From Squalus acanthias (lineage: Eukaryota), in assembly GCA_030390025.1 (NCBI GenBank), contig CM059433.1, forward strand, positions 9,488,001-9,552,000: DNA of 64,000 bases. The letters are read 5' to 3'. This document shows, in pieces, positions 26,421 to 39,580 of the stretch; the first letter of the stretch is position 1; each line of letters opens with the position of its first letter. The position numbers and the translations under genes were made by a program. The notes under the pieces are model-generated. The model searched no databases. It saw only the letters and a list, made by a program, of their open reading frames with translations, and was not told the origin of the DNA.

Positions 26421-27143
26421 AAGTGGGTGCACGAACAGAGACATCTGGGGGTATGTGTGTACAAATCGTTGAAGGTGGCAGGGCAGGTTGAGAAAGCAGT
26501 TAAAAAGCATACAGGATCCTGGGCTTCATAAATAGAGGTATAGAGTACAAAAGTGTGGAAATGATGATGAATCTGTATAAAACATTGGTTCGGCCCCAAC
26601 TGGAGTATTGTGTCTAATTCTGGGCACCACACTTTAGGAAGGATGTGAAGGCCTTAGAGAGGGTGCAGAAAAGATTTACGAGAATGATTCTAGGAATGAG
26701 GGACTTGAGTTACGTTGATAGACTGGCGAAGCTGGGGTTGTTCTCCTTGGAGCAGAGAAGGTTGAGAGGCGATTTGATAGAGGTGTTCAAAATCATGAGG
26801 GGTCTGGACAGAGTAGAGAGAGAAACTGTTCCCATTGGCAGAAGGGTCGAGAACCAGAGGGCACAGATTTAAGGTGATTGGCAAAAGAACCAAAGGCGAC
26901 GCAAGAAAATACTTTTTTACGCAGCGAGTGGTTAGGATCTGGAATGCACTGCCTGAAAGGGTGGTGGAGGCAGACTGAATCACGGCTTTCAAAAGGGAGT
27001 TGGATAAGTATCTGAAGGAAAGAAATTTGCAGGGCTACGGGGGAAGGGCGGAGGAGTGGGACTAGCTGAAGTGCTCTTGCAGAGAGCTGGCACGGGCTCG
27101 ATGGGCTGAATGGACTTCTTCAGTGCTGTAACCATTCTATGAT
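26421..27143 (+). mobile_element. CR1 (HER1-like) LINE 3' fragment
   Basis: LERVQKRFTRMI...LFSLEQRRLRGDLIEVFKI; tail GGGCTGAATGG...ATTCTATGA. Confidence 0.88.
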
Positions 27144-28049
27144 GATTTGAACCTTTGATACAGTTCTGATTCATTAACAGCTTAGTTTCATTGTATATTC
27201 CCAGGAAGAGCATGGACAGATCTTGAGACAGATAATGCCAGAAACCACCGAATTGAGATATTACTCAAGTCCAAAATAATTTAAACTAGGTGAAAATAGA
27301 ATCAGAGAATTTGAATTGAGTTGAAGAAGAATATTTCAGACCTCATTGCTACTAAATAGCAGACTAGGACCAACACTGGATTTGGCAGAATTTGGCACAG
27401 TAATCAAACGTACGCAATGGATTTGGATCATTACAGAGCGCAACCTAATGAACAGTAAATTCAAATGAGTGGGTGGATCTGACGGACCTTGTAATTGATC
27501 GATTATCAAATACCTAACTTATATAAAACTGGTCTACAAAGAAACAAAGACATAATAATCAGATCTTTAAAAAAAAGTTAGTGATGCAATTAAATGTTTA
27601 TCTTAAAAAAGACTGGCACACGACAAGTAACAACTTGTACTTGATTTTGCCTTTTGAAATACTGTCTGGTTCTAGCTGACCGAAGCTTTGCATTTATATA
27701 TGAATACGTAGAGCCTTATTTGTTATCATACTGACACACGCGAGCCTCGGCAGTGTCCTTCGGCAGACTACTTAATCACGGAGAACATCGTGTCCGAACC
27801 CAATCCTGCCCTTACCTTTCAGCTTTGCATACACGGTGTGCCCCTTGTTTCCATGAGTTTAAAAAAAAACTGATAATTTTACGTTTATTAACATTAAATG
27901 TAAAAGGTTTCTTCTCCTCTCCCTTCTGGTGGCTTAGCTACATTATCCGGCGAACAGCTGAGCTGCACAAACCACGTTCAAATCCCTGGTCTGTGCTGAG
28001 TTAGCTGCTCTCAGTTACAGCAGCAGCAGAGGACTGGCGGATAACTAAC

Positions 28050-29480
28050 ATATTACTTATATTTAAGAAGGGAGATGGAACATATCCAAGGAATTATAGA
28101 CCAGTCAGCTTAACATCGGTGGTAGGAAAAATAATGGAAGCCTACTAAAGGAGAAAATAGAAGAACATCTAGAAACCAAAAATATAATAATGAATAGTCA
28201 GCATGGATTTCAAAAGGGAAACTCTTGCTTGACCAACCTCACTGAATTTCTTGAAGAGGTAACAGAGAGTAGATAAGGGTAATGCAGTAGATGTAATTTA
28301 TCTAGATTTTCAAAAGGCCTTCGATAAGATACCACATAATAACTAATGAATAAGGTCAGAGAATGTGGACTCAGAGGACAAGTAGCAGAATGGATAGCTA
28401 GCTAGCTTCAAGACAGAAAGCAGAGAGTAGGGGTAAAGGGTAGCTATTTAGAGTGGCAGAAGGTAGGAAGTGGTGCTCCATAAGGATCAGCACTGGGACG
28501 AATGCTGTTCGCAATTTATATTAATGATTTAGACTTTAGAATCAAAAATACAATTTCTAAATTTGCGGATGACACTAAATTGGCGGGGGTGCGGGGGGGG
28601 ATAGTCAATATTGAGGCGGACTGCAACAAATTACAAGATGACATTAATAATCTTGCAGAATGGGCATATAATTGGCAAATGAATTTCAACAGATAAATGT
28701 GAGGTATTACATTTTGGTAAGAAAATTAGAGAGGTCACATATTACTTGGAAAATAAGAATCTAAATGGGGTAGAAGAGCAAAGGGATCTCAGAGTACAAA
28801 TACACAAATCACTAAAAGTAGCGACGCAGGTCAATAAGGCCATAAAAAAAAACAGGCACAAAGGTTTATTTCTAGAGGGATAGAATTGAAAAGTAGAGAA
28901 GTTATGCTAAATTTGTATCGAACCTTGGTTAGACCACACTTGGGAGTACTGTGTACAATTCTGATCGCCATATTATAAAAAGGATAAAGAGGCACTGGAG
29001 AGGGTACAGAGAAGATTTACAAGGATGATAAAATGCGAGGGTATACCTATCAGGAAAGGATGAACAGGCTGGGTCTCTTTTTCTTGAAAAAAGACTGAGG
29101 GGTGACCTAATAGAGATCTTTAAAATTAAAGGTTTTGATAGCGTGGATACAGAGAGAGTGTTTCCACTTGTGGGGAAGAGCAAAACCAGAGGCCATCAAT
29201 ATAAGATAGTTACCAAGAAATCAAATAAGGAATTCAGAAGAAACTTCTTCACCCAGAGAGTGGTGAGAATGTGGAACTCGCTACCACAGGGAGTGGTTGA
29301 AGCGAATAGTATATGCGCATTTAGGCTAGATAAGCATATGAGGGAGGAGGGAATAGAGGGTTACGCTGATAGATTTAGATGAGGAAAGACGGGAGGAGGC
29401 TTGAATGGGGCATAAATGCCGGCATGGACTGGTTGGGCCGAATGGCCAGTTTCTGTGCTATATATCCGATGTAATCCCCT
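28050..29480 (+). mobile_element. CR1 LINE RT fragment, degenerate
   Basis: NYRPVSLTS, SQHGF, YLDFQKAFD, KFADDTKL motifs; CR1 tail. Confidence 0.88.
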
Positions 29481-30038
29481 ATGTGTATTTTTTCTAATAT
29501 AGCTGCTAATAGCTGTATGCGTAAAGAGGTTTGGCCACAATTCTTATAAGCAAGTCTGTATATTTTAAGTATATACTTACTGAAAACTGGCAGATACTAT
29601 AAATTTTGGTCATTACTATAGCCAGTATTCCACGGTCAATGCAGTTGAGATCATCTATGTTCAATTAGATGAAATATTTGTCCCGTACAAACAACAAGTT
29701 TTGCAAACAAAATGTAATAGATAAACTTCAGTTGAGAACTATTTAGCACAACTGTTTGCTCTAATCTGCAAATATTCCATTACGACAAAAGAAATTTGCA
29801 TTCAGATGACAAATGAAATTTAGTCTGACACTTATTAAATGGACACTGCAGACACTCCGGGGGATAGTCCCTAGAAACTGCAAAAATACTCGTTTCTAAG
29901 TATATGACAGCTTTATTTGGTTTTTGAACGATACATTATTGATTTCCTTTTTTCTGATCAAACTTCAAAAAGATACATTGCAAAGTGTCCTTCTATTTAC
30001 CCAGTCCTTTATAGGCGATCAAGCAGGTGGACTATATC

Positions 30039-30744
30039 GGGCCGTATTTTCCGATGCCTACGGGTGTGTACGCGCTGTGTACACACTCGTTGGGACATCG
30101 GAAATGCCGGTTTCAGGCATGCACAGCGCATGCACTGAAAACTGGCATTTCCGATCTGTCAAGAATGCTCTTGACAGATCGGACGCCTGCCCTGGAGAAG
30201 GGCCTCTGCAGGCGGATAGTTCCGCTTTCTGGAGCACCTCCACCCACAGCGGCCTTTTACCAGCATAAGATTTGAAAAAAAGTTTTAAAAAAAATTTCAC
30301 TCATTTATCATTTAAAAATACTTTAAAAGGTAAGTTTATTTTTAGCCCCGTAAAAAACTTTAATTATTTTTTCAAAAAATTTAATTTGTTTAAAATATAA
30401 TTTATTGTAATTTCAACTAATTTAAAAAATTTGATTTTAAATTTTTTTTATTTACTGCTTTAAAGTGTTTTTGGGGTGATCTCCATTCATATATTTGACA
30501 GGTCTATCTATCAAGAGTATGAAGGGAGATTCCCTTCTTTGATTGGCTCCCCATGGCCCACGTGATCCCAGGGACGCTTGCGAACCGCCTGCGCCCCTGG
30601 GATACGTGGGCCCTGCGCATTTTGAGTTGGAGAGGTCCAGGAGCGGAAGTGTCCGGACCTCGGGAGCCCTCAGGTAAGAGCGTAGATTTTTTCCAGATCG
30701 GAGGCCTCCGCACGCAGGAAGCCTCCGATCGGAAAATACGGCCC
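30039..30744. mobile_element. Harbinger-type MITE with AT-rich core
   Basis: 17-bp perfect TIR GGGCCGTATTTTCCGAT; flanks ATC/ATT; homologous to 51694-52459. Confidence 0.85.
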
Positions 30745-32284
30745 ATTTATATATTTTTATATAAAGGCTGCTAGCTCAGGTCCAGAATAAGCCAGTCTTG
30801 TTCTGTAACTTGTGACATATCCAGTAAGCCAAAAATAGCAACAAGGGTTTCTCTGTTTGAACCCTGAGTTTGCTACTTTACAAGATATTGGGCGTATAAA
30901 GGCACACTCCAGTTCATAAGTGAGTGAGAAGAACAGAAGCAGAAGAAGAATCTTAGCATGGGGAGTGGCTGGGAAGGAAGGCCAGAAATCAGTCCCAGTG
31001 GGAAGAAACCCAGTTAAGATGCTCTCAGGGTGAGGTGCAGAGGAAAGCCAGAAAGCATTCCCAGGAAGGAAAGAATGACAAGGAAAACATCTCAAAGTGG
31101 GGGGGATGGCCGGCAAGGGGGTTATAACAGGTAAGCAATCTCAGCGAGGAATGTGGGTGTCAGCGAACTATATCATGCAGGGGGTGGGGGGGAATTTAGG
31201 TGCTAAAAAAGATCAGGAAGGATAATAGTTAGCTAAGAATCTCAGCGGGGAGGCAAGCAAACACTTTCAGTAGTCGGGAGAGTCAGGGTAAGTAACCTAT
31301 CCCACTGAGGAGGAGGGAGCTAAGTTTATCAGTTGGTGGAGGGGCGGGGGCAGATCAGCAGGTTTACTCTGTAAGCATTCTCAACAGTGATGGGGACACG
31401 CTCTCTCAGTGGTGGTGGTGGTGGGGGGGGGGCGGTGGTGCTGGAAAGGCAGCAAGGTACCAATTTATTTAATTGAGCTGGTAAGCACCCTTAGCTGGGA
31501 GGGGCTGGGGGCCATCAACTGTTATGTACCTGTCTATTTAATTATGCTGGTCTCTGCTCTCATCTGGGGGAATGGGGGTGGTGGAGGTCTTGTGGTGTAT
31601 TTCTCCAGTTATACTTGTAAGCATTCTCAGCAGATAACGGGGGCGGGGGGAAGAGAACGTGACACAGCTTCACTGTATGTTTCTCTCCACTTCTGCCGGT
31701 GTGTGCTCTGATCAGGGCAACAGTCAGACTCATTGTCCTTGAGCTTTTTCCCCCCCCCCACACATCTGCCAATCTGGTAGTAGTGGTATTTAAGAGACAG
31801 ATCATCAATGATTGACAGGCAAGCAAGAATACAACTGGGGGCCACAAAGTGGACAGACTTTGGATCCAGAATCACAGGCCTGGTAAACTACAGTTTGAGG
31901 TGTTGAACAACTCAATGTTAGCATAATACAATAAATAATTCAAATTCAAAGAAAAATCAATCTGAATAATGATCCTCTGGAATAGAGCACACAAGGTGTT
32001 GCTGCGTCACTGTGTGGCTAATGTATGATGTACATTGCTGACTCATGTAACCATTGTACAATTGCAACTATTTTTATACTGCTAACATTAAGTGACAGGA
32101 TTTTTAACATTATAATAGCCTAGCACAGCACTGCCTGCATGCTTAACAGGTACTGCATCCAAATATTGACACTTAAAATGGATTTAAGTGTAATGTTGCA
32201 ACCCACTCAGAATTTTTAACATGTAATAGATTAACTATATACATTACTATAGCTAGCAAGTAAAAGGTTTATTTTATATAGTTT

Positions 32285-32798
32285 AGAGTTTAGAAGAATG
32301 AGAGGGGATCTCATTGAAACGTATAAAATTCTGACAGGGCTAGACTGACTGGATGCAGGGAGGATGTTTCCTCTGGCTGGGGGGGGGTCTAGAACGAGGG
32401 GTCACAGTCTCAGGATACGGGGTAGGACATTTAGGACTGAGATGAGGAGAAATTGCTTCACTCAGAGGGTGGTGAACCTGTGGAATTCTCTACCACAGAA
32501 GGCTGTGGAGGCCAAGTCACTGAATATATTTAAGTGAGAAGTCGCACAACACCAGGTTATAGTCCAACAGCTTTAATTGAAATCACAAGCTTTCGGAGCG
32601 GCTGCTCCTTCGTCAGGTGAAATATATTTAAGAAGGAGATAGATAGATTTCTAGACACAAAAGGCGTCAAGGGGTATGGGGAGAGAGCGGGAATATGGTA
32701 TTGAGATAGAGGATCAGCCATGATCATATTGAACGGCGGAGCAGGCTCGAAGGGCCGAATGGCCTACTCCTGCTCCTATTTTTCTATGTTTCTATGTT
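32285..32798 (+). mobile_element. CR1 LINE 3' fragment (host of the 86-bp insertion)
   Basis: Same CR1 C-terminal coding sequence and TTTCTATG tail. Confidence 0.85.
32535..32620 (-). mobile_element. 86-bp Penelope-like pLTR fragment with hammerhead motif (32583-32620), inserted in a CR1 copy
   Basis: 12-bp TSD AATATATTTAAG at 32523-32534 and 32621-32632; near-identical to 44070-44155. Confidence 0.85.
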
Positions 32799-33361
32799 TT
32801 TTTTCCTATACCAAATTATAACAATTACAAATTGTTACAAAGTTACTAATTTATTAGAGGTTCGAGTGCAATGGTTTGGGGGTTAATGAAATAAAGGCTC
32901 AATGCAAAGAAAGTGGATTACTTAATGAGATTTAACGCAGCTTCAACATCACAGCAATATGCCTGTTTTTTTTTTAAAGCTCTCTTTTTAAAATTAGTTG
33001 CAGTATCAAGAAATTTTGATTCAGCTTAAAATAAATCTGGTTCCAGTAACAAACTCTTATAGTGCTGCTTTCAACTCCCTCATACAGTGGCAGTAGAAAA
33101 GATTCAGCATGACAGTCATCCTGACATTAGTAGAAGTACACATCAGACAATTCAGACAAATTTAGATGCGTATCTTCAAACAATACTAAGAGAAACACTA
33201 TTCTGGCAGATGTAAGAAAAAGATCGCTCAGAGCATAAAGGACAAAATGAAAAGAGAGACTGCTTTTTTCTTTATTAAAGTTAGTCGAGAAGATCCACGA
33301 TTCTCTTCTTGCTAGCTTCTCCGCCCCCGCCCCCTCAAGTTATTTTTCTCTGTTCTTCTCT

Positions 33362-33857
33362 CTCTCTTAGGCAGTCCCTCGGAACCGAGGATGACTTGCT
33401 TCCACATTAAAAATGAGTTCTCAGGTGACTGATGAGTCCAAGGAGGGACCTACAGTCTCTGTCACAGGTGGGGCAGACGGTGGTTGAAGGGGCGGGTGGG
33501 TGGGGTGCTTGGGTTGGCGTGCGCTCCTTGCGCTTGGCTTCCGCTTGCTCCCGGCGAAGAGACTCGAGCTGTTCGGTGCCTTCTCGGATGCTTCTCCTCC
33601 ACTTTGTGCGGGTTTGGGCCAGAGATTCCCACGTGTCAGTGGGGATGTTACACTTTTTCAAGGAGGCTTTGAGGGTGTCCTTGAAGCGTTTCCACTGCCC
33701 ACCTGGGGCTCTCTTGCCGTGCCTGAGCTCCGAGTAGAGCGCTTGTTTTGGGAGTCTCGTATCGGGCAAGCGGACGATGTGACCCGTCCATCGGAGCTGA
33801 TCGAGCGTGGTCAAAGCTTCGATGCTGGGGATGTTGGCCTGAGCGAGAACACTGACG
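33362..33857 (-). mobile_element. RTE-clade LINE 3' fragment
   Basis: QLRWTGHIVRLPDTRLPKQALYSEL..GKR..GGQ.KRFKD.LK motif; CPTCDRDCRS..GLISHLRTH zinc-finger-like end. Confidence 0.9.
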
Positions 33858-34829
33858 TGTTCTCTGTTCTTATTCCTCCACTCGTACTCCTTCTGTATCT
33901 GAGAGGATGAGCTGGAGATTCGCTTCAAGACTTATGCCAAAGCAGCTCAACGGCCAATTATTGGGAATCGTCTGGAGTTCAGAAGCTCACCATGTGAGGA
34001 ATCTCAAGTGGAGCTTCAAGTCCCATCACTCACTGGTTCAGCATTCAGGATGGTAAAGGGAAAGGGCACAGGATGGACCGCAATTTGGAGGTGACTCTAT
34101 ACAGAGTTCAAAGCACAGCTCCCTTCCCTTTTGTGGTTTATAGCTAAAATGACTAAACTTTGCTTTAAGATATATTATTCACTAACAGTCTGTGGAGGTT
34201 CACGAAAGTAATTTTATTAAATATTAATGCTACAATAAATGTGATCCTTACTAGTGTGAAAATTCTGTGGGAAATGCAATTAAAATGAAAAATATGTAAT
34301 ACAAGATTCATTGGAAAAGGAAAACCTTTTGCTTACTTGAATTTTCAAATCACCACGCAAGTCTGGTATCAGCAAACTGCTAAATAAAGATGCATTCCAA
34401 AATGTTCCCATATACATTTTAGTAACATGCTCATAGAACTGTATCCCAACGTGAGTCAATGTCTTCAGGGTAGAAAATTGAAAAGCAATTCTTTTTTAAT
34501 ATCATGACAGCACAAAGTTATGAATTAGTCCGAACTCAACAAATACTGCAGAATAATGCTGGATGTCATTTCACGCCCTGATACTGCATTATTAACCATG
34601 CTAAGCTTATCTCAGACGTGCTTCCACTATACTGTAGTTGGATACAGTAACCATTAAACTGGCTATTCCCACGGCAAACACAATTCTTTACCTTGATTTC
34701 CATTAAGATTTAGAATGCCTTCCACACATGGAAATGCAAGTTAACAGTAGAATGCAACACAATGTACTATACTTGTCCCAGAACATCTCCCCTTCCCCCT
34801 CTCCACCAAAGGCATTGATTGAAGGAATT

Positions 34830-35520
34830 CAAACAGGGTTTTACAGAAGAGTTTGACATAGATCTGGGTGGTGACAACATATTCAAGGATTGTGGAGATG
34901 AAAGGGAGGTTAGAGATGGGACAGAGAAGCCAAGAATGTTTTTTTTGGGGTGATGATGGCCATTTTGGAAGATAGGAGGAAAAGGAGCCATTTATAATAT
35001 ATCATCTAAAATGTGGCCAGGAAGGGAGGGAAGATGGATGATCAAGAGTTTAGTGGGAATGGAGTAAAGCGAGCAGGACTCATGGATCAGATGAGTTTGG
35101 AGAGGGTGGAGTGGAGAGAGGAGTGAAACTAGAGAGTGACAAGGGTTCAGAGCTAGGATGAAGTCAGAATGGGGAGTGAGGTTTGACTTAGTGGGCATAA
35201 GAAAAGCAGCAGAGACAGCTAAATATACAGTCTCTAACTTAGAGACAATGAAATCTATGAGCTCCTGACACTTCTTGTTAGAATGAGGGTGGAAGGGTAG
35301 AGGAAAGGGGTTTATAAAGTTAACAGATAAAAGAAACCTGGTGTTATTTTGGCCCTCCAGGATGATCCTAAATTGGCAGGCTGTTGTGCCAGAGGAGAGT
35401 GTGGCCCAGGTGAACTTGATGTGGTCAGATCCAGCGATGAATAGCTAAGACAACTGCATGCCGGATATGCTCAAGTTCACGCCCCTTCGACTTAATGAAG
35501 CAAATATGGAAGCCATGCTA
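34830..35520 (-). mobile_element. Degenerate L2-like LINE fragment
   Basis: Purine-rich plus strand; residual SCSL.SIPTKLL and F.SKI-type motifs. Confidence 0.5.
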
Positions 35521-36023
35521 GGAGGAAACAACTAGAATGGGAAATGCTCAAGTTTTTGTTGGCAACAAAGATGGAAATGATAGACCGGTTGAACAAAACC
35601 GTACCGAGGTATCATGGTGACTAGAGGACCAAAGATAGACACCACAAATTCAGAAGTGTGGTTATAAATGACTTGCAGGAAGAGCTTTTTCCAGGGACAA
35701 ATGCACAAGGATGTGGTTGTAGATCAAGACCACTAGATGGGAGAGACCATGAAAACTAACTCTGCAGCAAAGCAAGGTTCCTTCCTTCTGGGAGTCTCAT
35801 TTCTCTTTGCTGCAGTGTCAGGTCAGGTCAGGTCCGGCCCAATTCCAGATTCAGATGCATTCACACAATAGCAGCAGTAGTGGTACGAAGCATAACCACT
35901 TTGCACTGTGTTACAGTTATTAGAATAAGCGCACCCAGAGAGCTAACCTCAGGAAACTGCATTTTACAAATAGGTAGCTCTGCTGGATTGTGCTGGAATC
36001 AGACCAAGGAGGTACACAGGGAC

Positions 36024-36870
36024 TGTGAAGGAATAAGCCAGAAAAATACACTATCTTATGAAAGAATTCTGGCCTTATTAAAATATGGCAAATTGGGTTT
36101 GGAAATTTAGAAACCGAACTATGAAATAGCTATGAAAGAATTCTGGCGATTGAGATAAGACAGTTGTTGACCCTGAATAAATAACCTTATTGAAACAGAA
36201 GGTGAAGGGCTCCGACAGGCTGACCTTTTGGGAACAAAACAATGGTTCACCCTGGATAAGGTGTTCTAATTTAAACTTCGTAAAGATGGCACATAAGATA
36301 AGGAACATCTGCCCTCGTAAAGATGACATAAAATAAGGAACACCTGCCGTTCACACCGTTTTTATACAGTCAATCTAGAACACCTGGAGATGAGACAAGA
36401 TTCTGGCTGATGTGGCAGTAAGAATTGCAGAGGTCGGCAGAAAGATGAATAGGGATAATTAAGTTGCATCAGCAGAAAACCTTAAAGGAAATACCACTGG
36501 AAAAGGGTATAAATATTGAACTCTCAAATGGGATATCAGACTCGCTTTAATCGGGCAAATCGATTCTCGGCTTCAGAGGCCTCAGTAGTCTCCAACTCTT
36601 TGTACCTCGGGGATCAAAGGTATTTGATATTTATGGATATCCTATATAAGAAACCTTAAAGAACTGTAATACTGTAGCGAAGTTAAGATTTAAAAGTAAG
36701 ATTCTCTGTTAAAAAGATCGTATGTTTTCTCTTTTTAGAACTGTTAATGTTGTGATTGACTGATTCACCAACTGTAAATTGCATGTCGGTTCTTTTAATA
36801 AATCTATATATTTTTAGAATTGTCTCACAAGTCTTCTGTATCAAAAACTCGCAAACTCAATCTCTGTACA
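36024..36870 (+). mobile_element. Possible LTR (retroviral/LTR-retrotransposon relic)
   Basis: TG...CA bounds, TATAAAT at ~36508, AATAAA at ~36797, TGG 5 nt after the CA. No second LTR, TSD or recognisable PBS. Confidence 0.3.
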
Positions 36871-37599
36871 CTCTTTGGTGAAGAGTTGCAGAATTCTGAG
36901 GGAGTTTTCCGAACCCTAATAATATCCGGGACGTTACAGTCTAGCCAAACTTATTACAAGCGCTATCTGGAGGATGGTAACATTCTCGGGTTGTTCCTTT
37001 CCTTTAGGGAGAGATAGCCCGGACCTTTAGACCCAATTAAGCGTCTTTAGGATTCAGCTACCTCAAACTTTAGTTGAAAGTGAATGTCTGAGAAATACGC
37101 CTGATCCGGGGTAGCCCTAAAGGGGCTAGGACTAGTAAAAAATCCCTGCAGGACAGGCTCTATTTTCCGTGCAGCATTTTACGATTGCAATTGTGCTACA
37201 TTGAGTGTAGTAACTGACGCCTGAACTACGTATCTATTTGCTCCTGTCTCCTTCCCTCTTTACCATTAGCAGGGGAACAGGATGCTGATAATACTCCACT
37301 ATAGGAGAAAGACAGCATCAATACGGCAGCTGAAGAGTCACCACTATTTATTTATATAACCGAGACAGCAGGCACTCCCATCACCGCTTCTGCAGGTTCA
37401 TAGTCTACACAGATTACCACAGCACAATTCAAAGACACTGCCAGTTTCATGCTAAATCAGCTGAGCTGCAAAGAGATTATAAAGCTTCTGGAGGCACCGA
37501 GAGCAGAGAACTTAACTGATATCCATAAACGATTAATCAGGAATCCCAGCTGCATAATAGGATTATTATTCTGCTTATGCAAACAGCAGTGAAAATAAA

Positions 37600-38222
37600 A
37601 ACATAGAAACATAGAAGATAGGAGCAGGAGTAGGCCATTCGGCCCCTCGAGCCTGTTCCGCCATTTAATGAGATCATGGCTGATCATCCAAATTCAGTAC
37701 CCTGTCCCTGCTTTCTCCCCATATCCCTTGATCCCTTTAGCCTTAAGAAATATATCTAACTCCTTCTTGAATATATTTAATGAATTGGCCTCAACTGCCT
37801 TGTGTGGTAGAGAATTCCACAGGTTCACCACTCTCTGGGTGAAGAAATTCCTCCTCATCTCAGTCCTAAATGGCTTACCCCTTATCCTTAGACTGTGACC
37901 CCTGGTTCTGGACTCCCCCGCCATCGGGAACATCCTTCCTGCATCTAGTCTGTCTAGTCCTGTTAGAATTTTATAAGTTTCAATGAGATCCCCTCTCATT
38001 CTTCTAAACTCTAGCGAATATAAGCCTAATCGACCCAATCTCTCTTCATACATCATTCCTGCCATCCCAGGTATCAGTCTGGTGAATCTTCGCTGCACTC
38101 TCTCCATGGCAAGAACATCCTCCCTCAGATAAGGTGACCAAAACTGCACACAATACTCAAGGTGTGGTCTCACCAAGGCTCTGTACAACTGCAGCAAGAC
38201 ATCCTTGCTCCTGTACTCGAAT
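37600..38222 (-). mobile_element. CR1 LINE 3' fragment
   Basis: LYRALVRPHLEYCVQFWSP...LEFRRMRGDLIETYKI (ORF 37694-38197). Confidence 0.9.
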
Positions 38223-39580
38223 CCAGTATTTTAATAAAACAGTATTTTAATTCATTTTTTTCCCCCAACTGGCTTTTGATCTTCCTTGCTATGAAAATAA
38301 ATGCATTACAAAAATCATTTGTAACACCTTACTGAGCTGAAGGTACAACCTAATTACATGCAAACAGATAAATGTGTTTTTAACAAGTTTCATTATATTT
38401 TTAGTGCTATCCTGAATAGCTGTGAATGAGTAACTGTTTAAAATAACAGCAGAAGGGTAGATGCTCTTTTGAAGATGTTTGTGACCATTGAGGCTTTAAA
38501 AAAAAAATCCCAACACAGAAATTTTTTTTTAAAAATAGTATACCTAATTTTCTGCCCCGCCCCTCCACCCAATGACATTTCCTTCCACCTATTACTAAAC
38601 ATAACTGCGTACTGCCACATCTCTTCACTACGAAACATGTAGCAAAATGGCTGCTTCCAATCTCTTGAGCTTCTTCCACACAGAGGCCCATGCTGCATTT
38701 AGCATTCCCAAAAGATATCGGACCTGCAGAAGAACCTGCTGAATCCAGTGTCCTCTTGGGAAACAGAACTACCCAATGTCAGCCAGTGCACCCAAGCTCC
38801 AAAAGCTGCTCAAAACCAACTTCAACAGTTCCTCTTGCTCCTGAAACGGTTCACTGGGCCACCAAACACCGTTAACTGCTGGAGCCTTTCCAACAGCCCA
38901 ACATGCTCCCTCCTCCCTGGCATTGCCAAATGCAATCCGATTTTTGCCCACTTTACCTTTGATGAGGACTGATACGGTGGGTGGGGGTCAGACAAAAACT
39001 ATACATAAGTGACCACCTTCCGCATACAGAAAAAAAAAACTTCATACTTCCAAAGCAAGATTTTTTTCCCCCAAAACTTCAACTTTTTTCAACTGTTAAG
39101 TGGCAAAGCCAGCCAATACTGGCAAACTGCCGAGCGAGGAGATGGCAATGTTTCTGTCTACTTGTCAGGAAAAAAAAAAGTGGTTTTCAGAGCTGCCTCT
39201 GACATTACTTCCAAGAGTAATATAACACTTCTTTTTCAATATTTGATAGTTTCCCCATCCCAATTTAACTCTCTGGTCTTCTGAAGGTGCTGACTGACTC
39301 CTGTTGGGCATGTCCGATAGGCATCAACATCCCTCTGATAGCTAACCCAAGTGAGCCTAGGCATAGAGTGTCTGCAGTCTATTCAACAAAGGAGCACATC
39401 ATAACTGATTCCAATTCTTCCTCATGCCCATGCGCACTTACTAACAGGAGTCACTAGATAAACGATTAAGAATCATTACTGATTTTACGCTCTTTAGCCC
39501 AGAGGCACTGATGCCAATTGTACGTAGCACACCTACTGATTTTACACATACATATATATATTATACACATACATATATAT

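Noticed and set aside
25277..26632. 451-aa ORF as a host gene
   Set aside because: Chimera of antisense CR1 sequence and LINE endonuclease coding sequence; the C-terminus is out of frame.
27925..28030. Possible LF-SINE-like or tRNA-like fragment (GTTCAAATCCCTGGTCTGTGCTGAGTTAGCTG)
   Set aside because: Too degenerate to assign without a profile search.
38690..38975. Coding-looking stretch with short ORFs on both strands
   Set aside because: No recognisable protein motif or convincing splice-site pair.
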